Shown: piece after piece, positions 32,155-42,227 of the stretch
Numbering within the stretch: position 1 is the stretch's first letter
Layout: every line of letters starts with the position of its first letter
DNA from: an uncultured Acidimicrobiales bacterium
GTDB lineage: Bacteria; Actinomycetota; Acidimicrobiia; Acidimicrobiales; UBA10347
Length of the DNA: 64,000 nucleotides
Assembly: GCA_943788915.1 (NCBI GenBank)
Contig: CALSSD010000005.1
Location: forward strand, 1 to 64,000
Direction: 5' to 3'
Made by a program: the position numbers and the translations under genes
Notes under the pieces: generated by a model
Told to the model about the DNA's origin: nothing
Databases searched by the model: none
The model's input: only the letters and a program-made list of their open reading frames with translations

Positions 32155-32274
32155 ATGTCCAAAGCTCAGTTTCTGGCGCTGGTTGTATCTTGCGGGACAT
32201 TTGCTGCATTCATCGTTACCGGCGGTGAAGCGCTTGTGGTCATCGAACGTTTCGCAGCCAGCCTGCCGCTGTAA
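32155..32274 (+). CDS. Candidate small hydrophobic protein (39 aa)
   Basis: MSKAQFLALVVSCGTFAAFIVTGGEALVVIERFAASLPL*, preceded by CATACT-N6-ATG, inside a 306-nt intergenic gap. Confidence 0.45.
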   Translation: MSKAQFLALVVSCGTFAAFIVTGGEALVVIERFAASLPL

Positions 32275-32336
32275 CCAACTTCATCTTTTGCATCGCCTTT
32301 CCACCTCGGCCCGTTCCTGACTAATGTCGGGCAGGG

Positions 32337-33266
32337 ATGGTTTTTATGGAAACAGCAGTGCAGGTCGAGCCAATCAAAGACACCACATTCGGTGCTTGGG
32401 TGCGTGGCGTTGATGTTCGTGAACTCGACGAAGACACGTTCACTACGATTTACGACGCGTGGATCACGTTCGGGTTATTGATCTTTCCCGACCAGTTTCT
32501 GTCCAAGGACGAACAAGACACGTTTGCCCGTCGGTTCGGTGAACTTGAGTTCAGTGCCGCCGCGATTTCCAACATCACCCGCGACGGCATGGTTCATTCA
32601 GCCGATGACGACGATCTGGTCAAATCACTCAAGGGCAACCAGGCCTGGCATTTTGACAGCACCTACATGCCGGTGCAGGCCAAAGGGGCCGTATTCACCG
32701 CCGAGATCGTGCCCGAAGGCGGCGGTGACACCGCGTGGACCGATGCCCGGGCTGCCTACGACGTACTCGACGACGAGACCAAACAACTCCTCGAAGGCAA
32801 ACATGCCTACCACTCCTTGTACTACAGCATGGGTCGCTCCAACCTGCTGCCGACACTGAAGGACGACGGCACCTATGGCATGTACGGCTACCACGACATG
32901 GACGTGTCGCTGCGACCTCTAACCAAGGTCCACCCCGTCACTGGCCGCACAAACCTGCTGCTTGGGCGCCATGCCCACAATATTATTGGCATGAGCGAAT
33001 CCGAGTCGACCGAGTTGATCGATCGCATCAACGCCGCCGCTGCTCAACCACCACGTACCTATCAGCACCAATGGACCGAAGGCGAAGCTGTCCTGTGGGA
33101 CAACCGCTGCATCATGCATCGGGGCGTGCCATGGAAGATGGACGAACCACGACGCATGTGGCATACCCGCATCGCTGGTGACCCAGCGACCGAGTCCGCA
33201 GTAAACCATGCTTCAGCTGAGCTCAGCCCCCAGGCCGAGGCAATGAAAGCCCAGCTCTTCGATTAA
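32337..33266 (+). CDS. TauD/TfdA family dioxygenase
   Basis: WHFDSTY, GGGDTAWTD, HPVTGR, WDNRCIMHR. Confidence 0.92.
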   Translation: MVFMETAVQVEPIKDTTFGAWVRGVDVRELDEDTFTTIYDAWITFGLLIFPDQFLSKDEQDTFARRFGELEFSAAAISNITRDGMVHSADDDDLVKSLKGNQAWHFDSTYMPVQAKGAVFTAEIVPEGGGDTAWTDARAAYDVLDDETKQLLEGKHAYHSLYYSMGRSNLLPTLKDDGTYGMYGYHDMDVSLRPLTKVHPVTGRTNLLLGRHAHNIIGMSESESTELIDRINAAAAQPPRTYQHQWTEGEAVLWDNRCIMHRGVPWKMDEPRRMWHTRIAGDPATESAVNHASAELSPQAEAMKAQLFD

Positions 33267-34189
33267 CCGAGCAAATCATGCAACATCGCGAAGAATGTGT
33301 CTTCGGGATAGTGGGTCACGATCGTTGCATTCGGTTTCATTTGGGCAAAGCCGTAGTGATCCACGATCAGGGTGCCACGCATGGGATCGGGCCCGATCGC
33401 AATGTCGACACCGAGGAATTCGCTGGTCGCAGGCGCCGGATCGATCGCGTGCGCAACGGCAATGGGATCTGGGAAGTCGGGGCCGTCGAGACGAGTCTCC
33501 TCGAAGGCATACGCCTGGAGAGTCGCTTGGATATCCATGCTGAAGTCGGCCAGTTCGCTCTGTAATGCTCGCAACTCGTCGCGTCGTTGTTCGGTCACCA
33601 CTGCAGACGTCGTCGAGATGTCCCACCCAACAAGTTCGACCGGCATACCTGATCGCAAAACGACCCGGACTGCCTCGGGATCCACCCAGAAGTTGAACTC
33701 TGCCGTCGGTGAAACATTGCCGGGTCCGTGTTCGCCGGTGCCTCCCATGATCACGACTCGGTCAACCTTCTCGGCGATGTCCGGTGCCCACAACAGCGCT
33801 ATCGCGACGTTCGTAAGTGGACCGATGGCCACGAGGGTAATCTCACCTGGATAGGCACGGATGGTGTCCACGATGAACTGCGGCGCCCACCCCTCTGCTG
33901 GCGTTCGCCCCTGCAGGTCGAGGCCGATATCGCCCATGCCATCCTGACCGTGCACGTTCTGCGCCGTCTCGAGATCGCGTGCGAGCGGCTCTGACGCTCC
34001 TGCATAGACCGGCGTAGTGGCGCCGCATAACTCGACGGTGTACAACGCGTTCTGCACTGCCTGATCCAGCGGCACATTTCCAGCAACCACGGTGAAACCA
34101 ACCACATCGATGTCGGGATGTCGTAAGGCCATACACATGGCCACTGCATCGTCGCTCGCGGTGTCGGTATCGATCAAGAACTTGCGCAT
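33263..34189 (-). CDS. Nucleoside hydrolase (IU-NH family)
   Basis: IDTDTASDD, VHGQDGMGD, GPLTN, AEFNFWVDPEA. TAACGT-N6-ATG. Confidence 0.92.
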   Translation of the reverse strand: MRKFLIDTDTASDDAVAMCMALRHPDIDVVGFTVVAGNVPLDQAVQNALYTVELCGATTPVYAGASEPLARDLETAQNVHGQDGMGDIGLDLQGRTPAEGWAPQFIVDTIRAYPGEITLVAIGPLTNVAIALLWAPDIAEKVDRVVIMGGTGEHGPGNVSPTAEFNFWVDPEAVRVVLRSGMPVELVGWDISTTSAVVTEQRRDELRALQSELADFSMDIQATLQAYAFEETRLDGPDFPDPIAVAHAIDPAPATSEFLGVDIAIGPDPMRGTLIVDHYGFAQMKPNATIVTHYPEDTFFAMLHDLLG

Positions 34190-34271
34190 CCGGTGACGTT
34201 AGCCACGGCGAGTTTGGATGAACACCGTTCGGACGGCAATCGTTACCCGAGCACATCTTTAGGGGCACGAC

Positions 34272-37200
34272 ATGCAACGAGTTCTAATAGCTAACCGCGG
34301 CGAGATCGCGATACGTATCGCTCACGCTGCTGCAGCATTGGGGATCGAGGCGGTGACCATCGCGCCAGCGGCTGACGCTGCTGCGCTTCACACCACGGCA
34401 GGAACGAGCCACAGCACGCTGCCGCCATCATCAGATCCGGTCGCTGCGTACCTCGATATTGATGCGGTTGTCCAGGCGGGGGTGGATTCTGGTTGCGACG
34501 CGGTCCATCCCGGTTATGGCTTCCTTGCAGAGAACGCCGAGTTTGCTCGACGCTGCGCCCAGGCTGGTATGACGTTTATTGGCCCGTCGCCCGAGGCTCT
34601 CGAACTCTTCGGCAACAAGGTTCATGCCCGCGAGTTGGCAACTCGGCTCGACATCCCGATCGTGCCGGGTACTGCGGCAGCGGTCTCGACGGCCGACGAT
34701 GCGGTCACCGCAGCCGAAGCCATCGGTTACCCAATCATGCTCAAGGCGGCTGCGGGAGGTGGCGGTCGCGGCATACGAGCGGTCACAACTGCCGACGAAT
34801 TGCCGGCCGCATTCGAACGCTGCCAAAGCGAAGCCCTGGGGTCCTTTGGTGACGGGTCGGTATTCCTCGAACGTTTGGTCGTTGATCCACGACATATCGA
34901 GGTCCAGGTCATGGCCGACAACACCGGCCACGTGGTTCATTTCTTCGAACGTGACTGCTCGATCCAGATTCGTAACCAGAAGGTCGTCGAAGTTGCGCCC
35001 GCGCCCAATCTCAAACCTGAGCTGCGGTCCAGAATTCTCGCCGATGCCATCACACTGGTTTCGGGGGCGGACTATCGCAATGCTGGCACCGTTGAGTTTT
35101 TGGTGGAACCAAGCACCGGTGAGTACTTCTTCATCGAATGCAATCCACGAATCCAGGTCGAGCACACGATTACCGAACAGATCATGGGCGTCGACCTAGT
35201 ACAGACCCAGTTTCGTGTCGCCATGGGCGAAACGCTCGAAGCGCTGAACATGGGCGATCAGGACGCCATCGGCGAACCACGCGGATGGTCGCTGCAGGCT
35301 CGAGTTGTAGCTACAGGAACAGGCACGATCACCGGCTACCGGGAACCGTCGGGTCCGGGCGTGCGCGTCGATGGCAGCGGCTATGCCGGTTGGACTCCGC
35401 CTCCGCAGTTCGATCCCCTGATGGCCAAGGTGATCGTGTCGACCCCAAGCGGGACATTCGACGCCGCAGTAGATCATGCTCGCCGGGCAGTGCAGCGATT
35501 TCACATTGCTGGGGTGAGTACAAATCTCGGCCAACTCGACGCGATCCTGGCCCATGATGCCGTGCGCTCTGGCGACGCTCGCACCAGCCTGCTGACCAAT
35601 GAACCTGGCCTTGCCAGCGCTCCGGCACCCAGCGGCCCCATGCTTGCGATGCTCGCAGCACAGACAACGAGCCAACCCGCGTCGACTGCCGACTCGGGAC
35701 CGAGCGCACCTACCCGGTCGTTGCCGATCGAGCCAGGTGAACAAGCTGTCGAATCGCCACTCGTTGGTGCGGTGATCGAGGTACTCGTCGACGTCGGTGA
35801 TGCTGTCACGGTTGGTGACACCCTGCTGGTCGTGACGGCAATGAAGATGGAAACATTGGTCACAGCACCGTGCTCCGGTGTGGTTTCCCAACTCGGCGAG
35901 TTGCAACAGGGTGACCCTGTCACGGCCGGTGATGTCCTGGCCGTGATTACCCCGAGTGAAGACGGTGCACCTGCCCAGGCCCCTAGCGGCGAAAACACGT
36001 GGGGCCCGATGCTCGACGAGGTCGCGACACTCGAACGTCTCGCCCATGAACGCCTTTCGCCCGGTTCGTCAGATCCAGGTGTTGTGCGCCAGCGAAACCG
36101 CAACAAGCTGACATGCCGAGAACGCATCGACCTATTGCTCGACGATGGGTCGTTCCGAGAGGTCGGGAGCATCGCAGGGTTCGCGTCCTACAACGAATAC
36201 GGCGACATCGATGCGTTCACGCCCGCCAACATGGTCGGCGGGCACGGCTTGATTGACGAACGCCCCACCATCGTGTGCGCCGATGACTTCACCTCTCGTG
36301 GCGGCCACAGCGATGGCGCTATCGGCGCCAAGAGCACCTACCTGGATCGGCTCTCGATCGAACTGCAGATGCCATCAATACGCCTGCTTGATGGGTCGAG
36401 CGGTGGCGGCAGCGTGGCCAGCATGGTCCCGAAGCAGAAGGAGACCGGCGACAGCGCAGCCAAAGAGAGCAGCGGCGCGATCAAGGCCGGACGACCGCGT
36501 GTCTCCGGCGGTGGCGGCTCGTTCTTGCCAGGGCACCTGGGTAGCTCGATGTACGCCAAACAGCTCGCCACCGTCCCCGTCGTGAACATGTTGCTCGGCA
36601 GCGTGGTTGGCCTGGGCGCAGCCAAAGCCGTGCTCGGACACTTCTCGGTAATGGTGCGCGACACCGCCCAACTGTTTGTTGCCGGCCCGCCGGTCGTGAG
36701 TCATGCAATGGGATACGAAGTCACCAAAGAAGATCTCGGCGATTGGCGCATCCACTGTCGTAATGGGTCGGTCGACAACTTGGCCGAATCCGAAGAAGAA
36801 GCGGTGGCGATGACCCGACGTTTCCTGTCCTACCTGCCAACCAGCGTGTACCACTCACCCACGGTTCTTGCGCCGACGACGGCAGACCCCGCTGATCGTC
36901 GAGACGAGGAACTCTTCACCATCGTTCCCCGCAACCGCACGACCACCTTCGACATCCGTCGGGCGATTGCGTTGCTCGCCGACAAGGATTCATTCTTCGA
37001 GATCGGCGCCTTGTGGGGCAGCGACCAGGTGGTGGGGTTCGCACGGTTCAACGGCCACCCCGTGGGCATCGTGGCTTCTGACAGCCGTCATATCAACGGT
37101 GGCGCACTCACCGCTGACGGGTGCGACAAGCTGACCCGCCATCTCGACCTGTGTGATCTGTTTCATGTACCGGTGCTGAACCTGGTCGACAACCCAGGTT

Positions 37201-37658
37201 TTGCCGTGGGCATCGAACACGAGATCAACAGCACCATCCGCAAGGGGGCCACATGGATGGTTGCCGCGGCCCAGTCCAAGGTGCCGATGTTCAGTGTTCT
37301 CATGCGCCGCAGTTTCGGTGTGGCCGGCAACAACTATGCGACTCCCCGATCAAACGCGACCATGCGGGTCGCCTGGCCCGCCGCCGACACTGGTGGCATT
37401 CCACCCGAGGGCGGCATCGAGGCGGCCTACAAACGCCAGCTTGCCGAATCCGACGACCCCGCCGCGCTTCGAGCCGAACTCAACGCTCGGATCGAAAGCG
37501 CTCGTGGGCCAGTTGGGCCACTCAACCGATTCGAACTCGAAGAAATGGTCGATCCCCGCGACACTCGCCGGTTGATCTGCGAATGGCTTCCTACCGCCTA
37601 TCGCCTTATCAATCTGCCGACCAATCTCGGGCCCCGGCCTCTCGACTACCGGCCCTAA
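34272..37658 (+). CDS. Single-chain biotin-dependent acyl-CoA carboxylase (BC-BCCP-CT)
   Basis: ANRGEIA, HPGYGFLAEN, GGGGRG, RDCSIQ, ECNPRIQVEH, biotinyl-Lys motif TAMKM, CT domain RERIDLLLDDGSF / VDNPGF. Confidence 0.93.
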   Translation: MQRVLIANRGEIAIRIAHAAAALGIEAVTIAPAADAAALHTTAGTSHSTLPPSSDPVAAYLDIDAVVQAGVDSGCDAVHPGYGFLAENAEFARRCAQAGMTFIGPSPEALELFGNKVHARELATRLDIPIVPGTAAAVSTADDAVTAAEAIGYPIMLKAAAGGGGRGIRAVTTADELPAAFERCQSEALGSFGDGSVFLERLVVDPRHIEVQVMADNTGHVVHFFERDCSIQIRNQKVVEVAPAPNLKPELRSRILADAITLVSGADYRNAGTVEFLVEPSTGEYFFIECNPRIQVEHTITEQIMGVDLVQTQFRVAMGETLEALNMGDQDAIGEPRGWSLQARVVATGTGTITGYREPSGPGVRVDGSGYAGWTPPPQFDPLMAKVIVSTPSGTFDAAVDHARRAVQRFHIAGVSTNLGQLDAILAHDAVRSGDARTSLLTNEPGLASAPAPSGPMLAMLAAQTTSQPASTADSGPSAPTRSLPIEPGEQAVESPLVGAVIEVLVDVGDAVTVGDTLLVVTAMKMETLVTAPCSGVVSQLGELQQGDPVTAGDVLAVITPSEDGAPAQAPSGENTWGPMLDEVATLERLAHERLSPGSSDPGVVRQRNRNKLTCRERIDLLLDDGSFREVGSIAGFASYNEYGDIDAFTPANMVGGHGLIDERPTIVCADDFTSRGGHSDGAIGAKSTYLDRLSIELQMPSIRLLDGSSGGGSVASMVPKQKETGDSAAKESSGAIKAGRPRVSGGGGSFLPGHLGSSMYAKQLATVPVVNMLLGSVVGLGAAKAVLGHFSVMVRDTAQLFVAGPPVVSHAMGYEVTKEDLGDWRIHCRNGSVDNLAESEEEAVAMTRRFLSYLPTSVYHSPTVLAPTTADPADRRDEELFTIVPRNRTTTFDIRRAIALLADKDSFFEIGALWGSDQVVGFARFNGHPVGIVASDSRHINGGALTADGCDKLTRHLDLCDLFHVPVLNLVDNPGFAVGIEHEINSTIRKGATWMVAAAQSKVPMFSVLMRRSFGVAGNNYATPRSNATMRVAWPAADTGGIPPEGGIEAAYKRQLAESDDPAALRAELNARIESARGPVGPLNRFELEEMVDPRDTRRLICEWLPTAYRLINLPTNLGPRPLDYRP

Positions 37659-37735
37659 CTCACCAGCTGGTTTAGGCCAGCATCACCTCTGGGCCGTACT
37701 GTCGCATATAGCGATACTTGCGACCTGGGGGAACC

Positions 37736-38542
37736 ATGACCACCGACGATGTAGTCCTGTACGAAACCGCTGATGGCGTGGCCACGATCACGCTCAATCG
37801 ACCGGATCGGCTGAACGCTTGGACCGGCCAAATGGGTCGGGCGTACTTCGATGCGCTCGACCGAGCCGGCGATGATCCCGAGGTTCGAGTCATCGTGGTG
37901 ACCGGCGCTGGCCGAGGCTTTTGTGCTGGCGCGGACATGGACATGCTGCAAGGAATTGGTGCTGCTGGCGGTACCGGAACCGATCCCGAGACCCGCCCTC
38001 ATACCCATGCCACCAGCATCCCCAAACCGGTAATTGCTGCCATCAATGGTGCATGCGCTGGGCTGGGGTTCGTGCACGCCATGATGGCTGACATCCGCTT
38101 CGCCGCCGAAGGCGCCAAGTTCACCACGGCGTTCTCTCGACGGGGGCTGGTTGCCGAACATGGCGTGTCCTGGGTCCTGCCTCGACTGGTGGGACCTGCT
38201 GTTGCGATGGATCTACTCATGTCGGGGCGGGTCTTCCTCTCCGACGAGGCAGCCCAACTCGGTGTCGTAAATCAGACGGTTCCCGCTGACGAACTGATGG
38301 ACACGGTGATGGCCTATGCCCGAGACATGGCCGACAATGTGGCATCGACCTCGATGGCAGTGATCAAACATCAGGTCTGGTCACACTACGAACAGACGAT
38401 GGCTGACTCGCTCCAGGACACGAACGGGCTGATGGCACGTTCGTTGCGCCGAGCTGACTTCAAGGAAGGTGTTGCCAGCTTCGTTGACAAACGAGCACCA
38501 AAGTTCGCATCACTGACTTCTGCAGAAGCCGCCGACCTGTAA
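37736..38542 (+). CDS. Enoyl-CoA hydratase/isomerase family protein
   Basis: NRPDRLNAW, GFCAGAD, RRGLVAEHG, EGVASFVDKR. Confidence 0.9.
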   Translation: MTTDDVVLYETADGVATITLNRPDRLNAWTGQMGRAYFDALDRAGDDPEVRVIVVTGAGRGFCAGADMDMLQGIGAAGGTGTDPETRPHTHATSIPKPVIAAINGACAGLGFVHAMMADIRFAAEGAKFTTAFSRRGLVAEHGVSWVLPRLVGPAVAMDLLMSGRVFLSDEAAQLGVVNQTVPADELMDTVMAYARDMADNVASTSMAVIKHQVWSHYEQTMADSLQDTNGLMARSLRRADFKEGVASFVDKRAPKFASLTSAEAADL

Positions 38543-38548
38543 AACGAT

Positions 38549-39985
38549 TTACTCGGTGGCCGCAGCGTAACCACCGCGGATCGCGGCCACGTCGACGCCA
38601 CCTTGTGGTGCGACCATGTCGCTCGCGCCAAGACCCCAGCGTTGCTGGACCGCAGCCAGGTCGTGTCCGTCGAGGATCGAAGCCGCCTGGGCCGCAGCAC
38701 CGGTGGCGACGGTTTCATCGCTATGGGGAACAGCGATCGGACGGGCCCACAGATCTGCGCATCGCTGACGGTACGCCGCCGAACGAGAGCCCCCTCCGAT
38801 CAGGTGCAAGGTTCCTGAGATGTCAACGCCGCACTCAGCCAGCGCATCAACACCGTTGAACAATCCGCACAACACACCGTCGTGAGCGGCAAGGGCAAGC
38901 TGCTCACGGGTGGTGTCGGTGCGTAAACCTGACAACGATCCGGCGGCATCGGGTCGGTTAGGCGTGCGTTCGCCGTCGAACCATGGCACAACGGTTACAT
39001 CGCTGGGTTCGGCTGCCAGCGCTAGGTCGGCTAACCCGGGCGCATCGGTACCCAACCACCGAGCGACGGTGTCCGTGACCTTGGTTGCATTGAGCGTGCA
39101 CACCAACGGCAGGAACCCACCGGCAGCATCGGCGAACCCTGCTACCGCACCGGTCGCGTCGCGTGTTGGGGTGGCCGAGCGGGCGTAGGCCACGCCGCTG
39201 GTGCCTAACGACATGACAAGATCGCCGACGTTCAGGCCCAGTCCTAGCGCAGCACCCATATTGTCGCCTGACCCCGGTCCGATGACCACGTTGTCGGGTA
39301 GGCCCAGCGAACTCGCTGCCTGGGGCGTGATAGGCCCTGCCGATTCGTGTGGCCCCAGCACGGTCGGCAACCGGTCCAGCCAGCTGGCGCCGTCGATACC
39401 AATAAGATCGAGAAGTTCGGGTCGATACGAATCGGTCGATGCATCGAACCAGCCGGTGCCGGAGGCATCACCTCGATCGGTGACAAAACGGCCACTCAGA
39501 CACCAGGTCAGGTAGTCGTGCGGGAGCAGGACTCGTGCCACTCGGTCCAGGTTTGTTGGCTCGTGGTGTGCCACCCACGCCAGCTTCGAAATCGTGAATG
39601 CTGCGACCGGCAGCGACCCAATCGCTGCCGCCCACGCATCGGGGTTTGTTGCATGAACCAATGCGGTGGCCTCGGCGGCCGATGTTGTGTCGTTCCACAA
39701 CTTGGCGGGTCGAACCGGCAGACCAGCCTCGTCGAGTAACACCAATCCGTGTTGTTGGCCAGCGACACTCACCGCCACGACCTGGCTGCGCACCTGGGGC
39801 GGGATCTGGGCACAGGCAGCAACCACTGCGGACCACCACGCAGTCGGGTCCTGCTCGCTGACTGGTGGTGTTGTCGACGGATGGGATGCCGACGCAGATG
39901 CCACGACATCGCCGGTATCGAGTATCCGAGCCTCGACCTTGGTGGATTGGGTGGACGAATCAATACCTAAAACAACGTCGGTCAT
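38549..39985 (-). CDS. xylB: Xylulokinase (FGGY kinase)
   Basis: GIDSSTQSTK, GQQHG, KLWND, LPHDYL, TDRGDASGTG, GDN, GERTP. Confidence 0.88.
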   Translation of the reverse strand: MTDVVLGIDSSTQSTKVEARILDTGDVVASASASHPSTTPPVSEQDPTAWWSAVVAACAQIPPQVRSQVVAVSVAGQQHGLVLLDEAGLPVRPAKLWNDTTSAAEATALVHATNPDAWAAAIGSLPVAAFTISKLAWVAHHEPTNLDRVARVLLPHDYLTWCLSGRFVTDRGDASGTGWFDASTDSYRPELLDLIGIDGASWLDRLPTVLGPHESAGPITPQAASSLGLPDNVVIGPGSGDNMGAALGLGLNVGDLVMSLGTSGVAYARSATPTRDATGAVAGFADAAGGFLPLVCTLNATKVTDTVARWLGTDAPGLADLALAAEPSDVTVVPWFDGERTPNRPDAAGSLSGLRTDTTREQLALAAHDGVLCGLFNGVDALAECGVDISGTLHLIGGGSRSAAYRQRCADLWARPIAVPHSDETVATGAAAQAASILDGHDLAAVQQRWGLGASDMVAPQGGVDVAAIRGGYAAATE

Positions 39986-40131
39986 GCACGTGTGACAGTA
40001 GTTCGCATCAGGTACTTGGCCGCGAGATCGTCGCGACAACGGACCACTGCAAGGTTGTCTTCGGTACTGAGACCAACGACCGCCACCCCCCGTTTCCGGA
40101 CATCCTCACGTGCGCCATAGGCTCACGGCCG

Positions 40132-41316
40132 ATGCCCACGACCTCGTCACCAACCCGATCCGTGGTCATTGCCACGTTCGTAACGGTCATGCTTGCTGCG
40201 GCCGTTGCCCAGGGTTTTGGCCGGTTCACGTTCGGCGTCATCTTGCCCGACGTACGCGAAGACCTGTTGGGCGGTTCGAATAGCCTCGGCGGCTTCGTTG
40301 CCACCGCCAACACGTTTGCTTATCTGGTCGGCGCTCTGGTGGTTGGATCACTGTCGGCGAAAGTTTCGCCGGTCAATTCGGTGCGCATCGGGCTGCTCTT
40401 TTCGGTTGGCGGGTTGGCCGCAGCAGCTGCCGCACCCAACACCGCGGTACTCACACTTGCCATGATTTCTATGGGCTTCGGTGGCGCAGCCATCTGGATA
40501 CCAAGCCCCGGAATCACGAGCGCAGTAGTAGCGCCCCACCTCCGGGGACTTGCTGTTGGGTTGACCGGCTCAGGAGTCGGCTTGGGCATCATCTTCAGCG
40601 GCCAGCTCAACGGTCGACTCGTGGCTAACGGCGGCGGTTGGCGCGACGTTTACACCGTGCACACCGTTATCGGTCTGGTCGCGATTGCACTGGTGTTTCT
40701 CGTGTTACGCCAGCGCCGCAGTACGGCACAACCAGCCGGAGGTTTTGGGGGCTTCGCGGTGTTGCGGACCCTCGATGGGTGGAAACCAATCACCGGGTGT
40801 TATTTCATCTACGGCTTCGGTTACCTGTTGATCCTTGCGTTTCTGACCTCGCGACTCCAAGATGACAGCGGATTCAGCGAGTCGACAGCGAGCACCATTT
40901 TTGCTGTCACCGGCGGCTGCACCATCTTTGGCGGCGTGGCGCTGGGCCGTATCTCCGACATCATTGGCCGTCGGTGGACTCTGGTCGGCTCGTTCCCACT
41001 ATGGGCAGCCGCGGTCGGCCTGATCCTGACTGGCGAGTTGCCCCTCGTGATCGTGGGCGCGGTGATTGTCGGTTTCCTGTTTGGTGGCATCCCATCGGTG
41101 ATCGCCGCCTACCTGGTGGACCGCACCGACGCCGCTACCTACGGGCCGTCGTATGCCGCCGCCACCTTCGCATTCGGCGTGGCCCAGGTGTCATCGCCTC
41201 AGATTGGCGGTTTCATCGCCGACTGGCGAGGGTCGTTCACACTCGTGTTCGTGATGTCCGCAGTCGTGATGAGCAGTGGTGCACTCTTCGCGTGGGCATT
41301 ACCCAGCGGCAGCTGA
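40132..41316 (+). CDS. MFS transporter (YbfB/YjiJ-like)
   Basis: GFGRFTFGVILP, GRISDIIGRR, about 12 TM helices. Confidence 0.88.
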   Translation: MPTTSSPTRSVVIATFVTVMLAAAVAQGFGRFTFGVILPDVREDLLGGSNSLGGFVATANTFAYLVGALVVGSLSAKVSPVNSVRIGLLFSVGGLAAAAAAPNTAVLTLAMISMGFGGAAIWIPSPGITSAVVAPHLRGLAVGLTGSGVGLGIIFSGQLNGRLVANGGGWRDVYTVHTVIGLVAIALVFLVLRQRRSTAQPAGGFGGFAVLRTLDGWKPITGCYFIYGFGYLLILAFLTSRLQDDSGFSESTASTIFAVTGGCTIFGGVALGRISDIIGRRWTLVGSFPLWAAAVGLILTGELPLVIVGAVIVGFLFGGIPSVIAAYLVDRTDAATYGPSYAAATFAFGVAQVSSPQIGGFIADWRGSFTLVFVMSAVVMSSGALFAWALPSGS

Positions 41317-41351
41317 GCGGCTGACAGTCGGTCGGTTGCGGGGCGTTCGTT

Positions 41352-42194
41352 CTACCCCTCGACGGTCATGGGCGCATCGGCATCGCCAACCCACTCTTGA
41401 AGACTGGCGGTGTAGACCGCAACATCGTGGAAACCAAGCATGGTCTGCACGAACGCCGCTGACGACGCTGCAATCCCTCCACCGCAATAGTTCACGATCC
41501 GAGCGGACGGATCGTCGGGGAAACGATTGCGCAGTTCGGCCGCCGGCAGGTAACAACCGGTCTCATCATCAAGCAAGGCGGTAGCCGACGCATTACTCGC
41601 ACCAGGGATGTGCCCTGGCCGGCCGTATGCATTGACTTCACCGCTGAAACTTGCCGGTGACAGTGCGTCGATGAGACAAGTCGATCCATCGTCGATCGCT
41701 GCGAGTACATCGGCTTTATCTGCGATGATCTGAGGACGCTCGTGCACCGTCAAGGTGCCTTCGACGGGTGCCTCGGACGCGGTGGTGACCAGGCGGTCTT
41801 CGGCTTTCCAGGCCTGGAGGCCACCGTCGAGCAGTGCGGCGTTATCGAAGCCGATCCAGCGCAACATCCACCACACGCGTGCGGCCCACATGGCCCGGTT
41901 GTCGTCGTACAACACCACTCGGCTGTCGTCGGACACTCCGAGCCGCTGCATTGCATCAGCGAACTCGCGTGCCGCCGGAAGGGCGTAACGCAAGCGGCTC
42001 GACGCGTCGACGAGGTCCTCGTTTAAGTCTGCGAAACCGGCACCAGGAATATGTCCATCGGCCCAGTTCTGGCGACCGCTCTCGGAAATGAAGCCGTTGT
42101 CGCCCATGCGGAGAAACACGGTGCAGTCGAGCACCACCAGGTCGGGTGAACCCAGTTCGTCCTGAAGCCATTGTGTGGATACCAGTTGTTCCAT
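41352..42194 (-). CDS. Tandem rhodanese sulfurtransferase (SseA-like)
   Basis: LVSTQWL, GHIPGA twice, AARVWWML, active-site loop YCGGGIAA. Confidence 0.92.
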   Translation of the reverse strand: MEQLVSTQWLQDELGSPDLVVLDCTVFLRMGDNGFISESGRQNWADGHIPGAGFADLNEDLVDASSRLRYALPAAREFADAMQRLGVSDDSRVVLYDDNRAMWAARVWWMLRWIGFDNAALLDGGLQAWKAEDRLVTTASEAPVEGTLTVHERPQIIADKADVLAAIDDGSTCLIDALSPASFSGEVNAYGRPGHIPGASNASATALLDDETGCYLPAAELRNRFPDDPSARIVNYCGGGIAASSAAFVQTMLGFHDVAVYTASLQEWVGDADAPMTVEG

Positions 42195-42227
42195 ACACCG
42201 ACGTTAGATGGCCTGCTTGGGCGCCTT

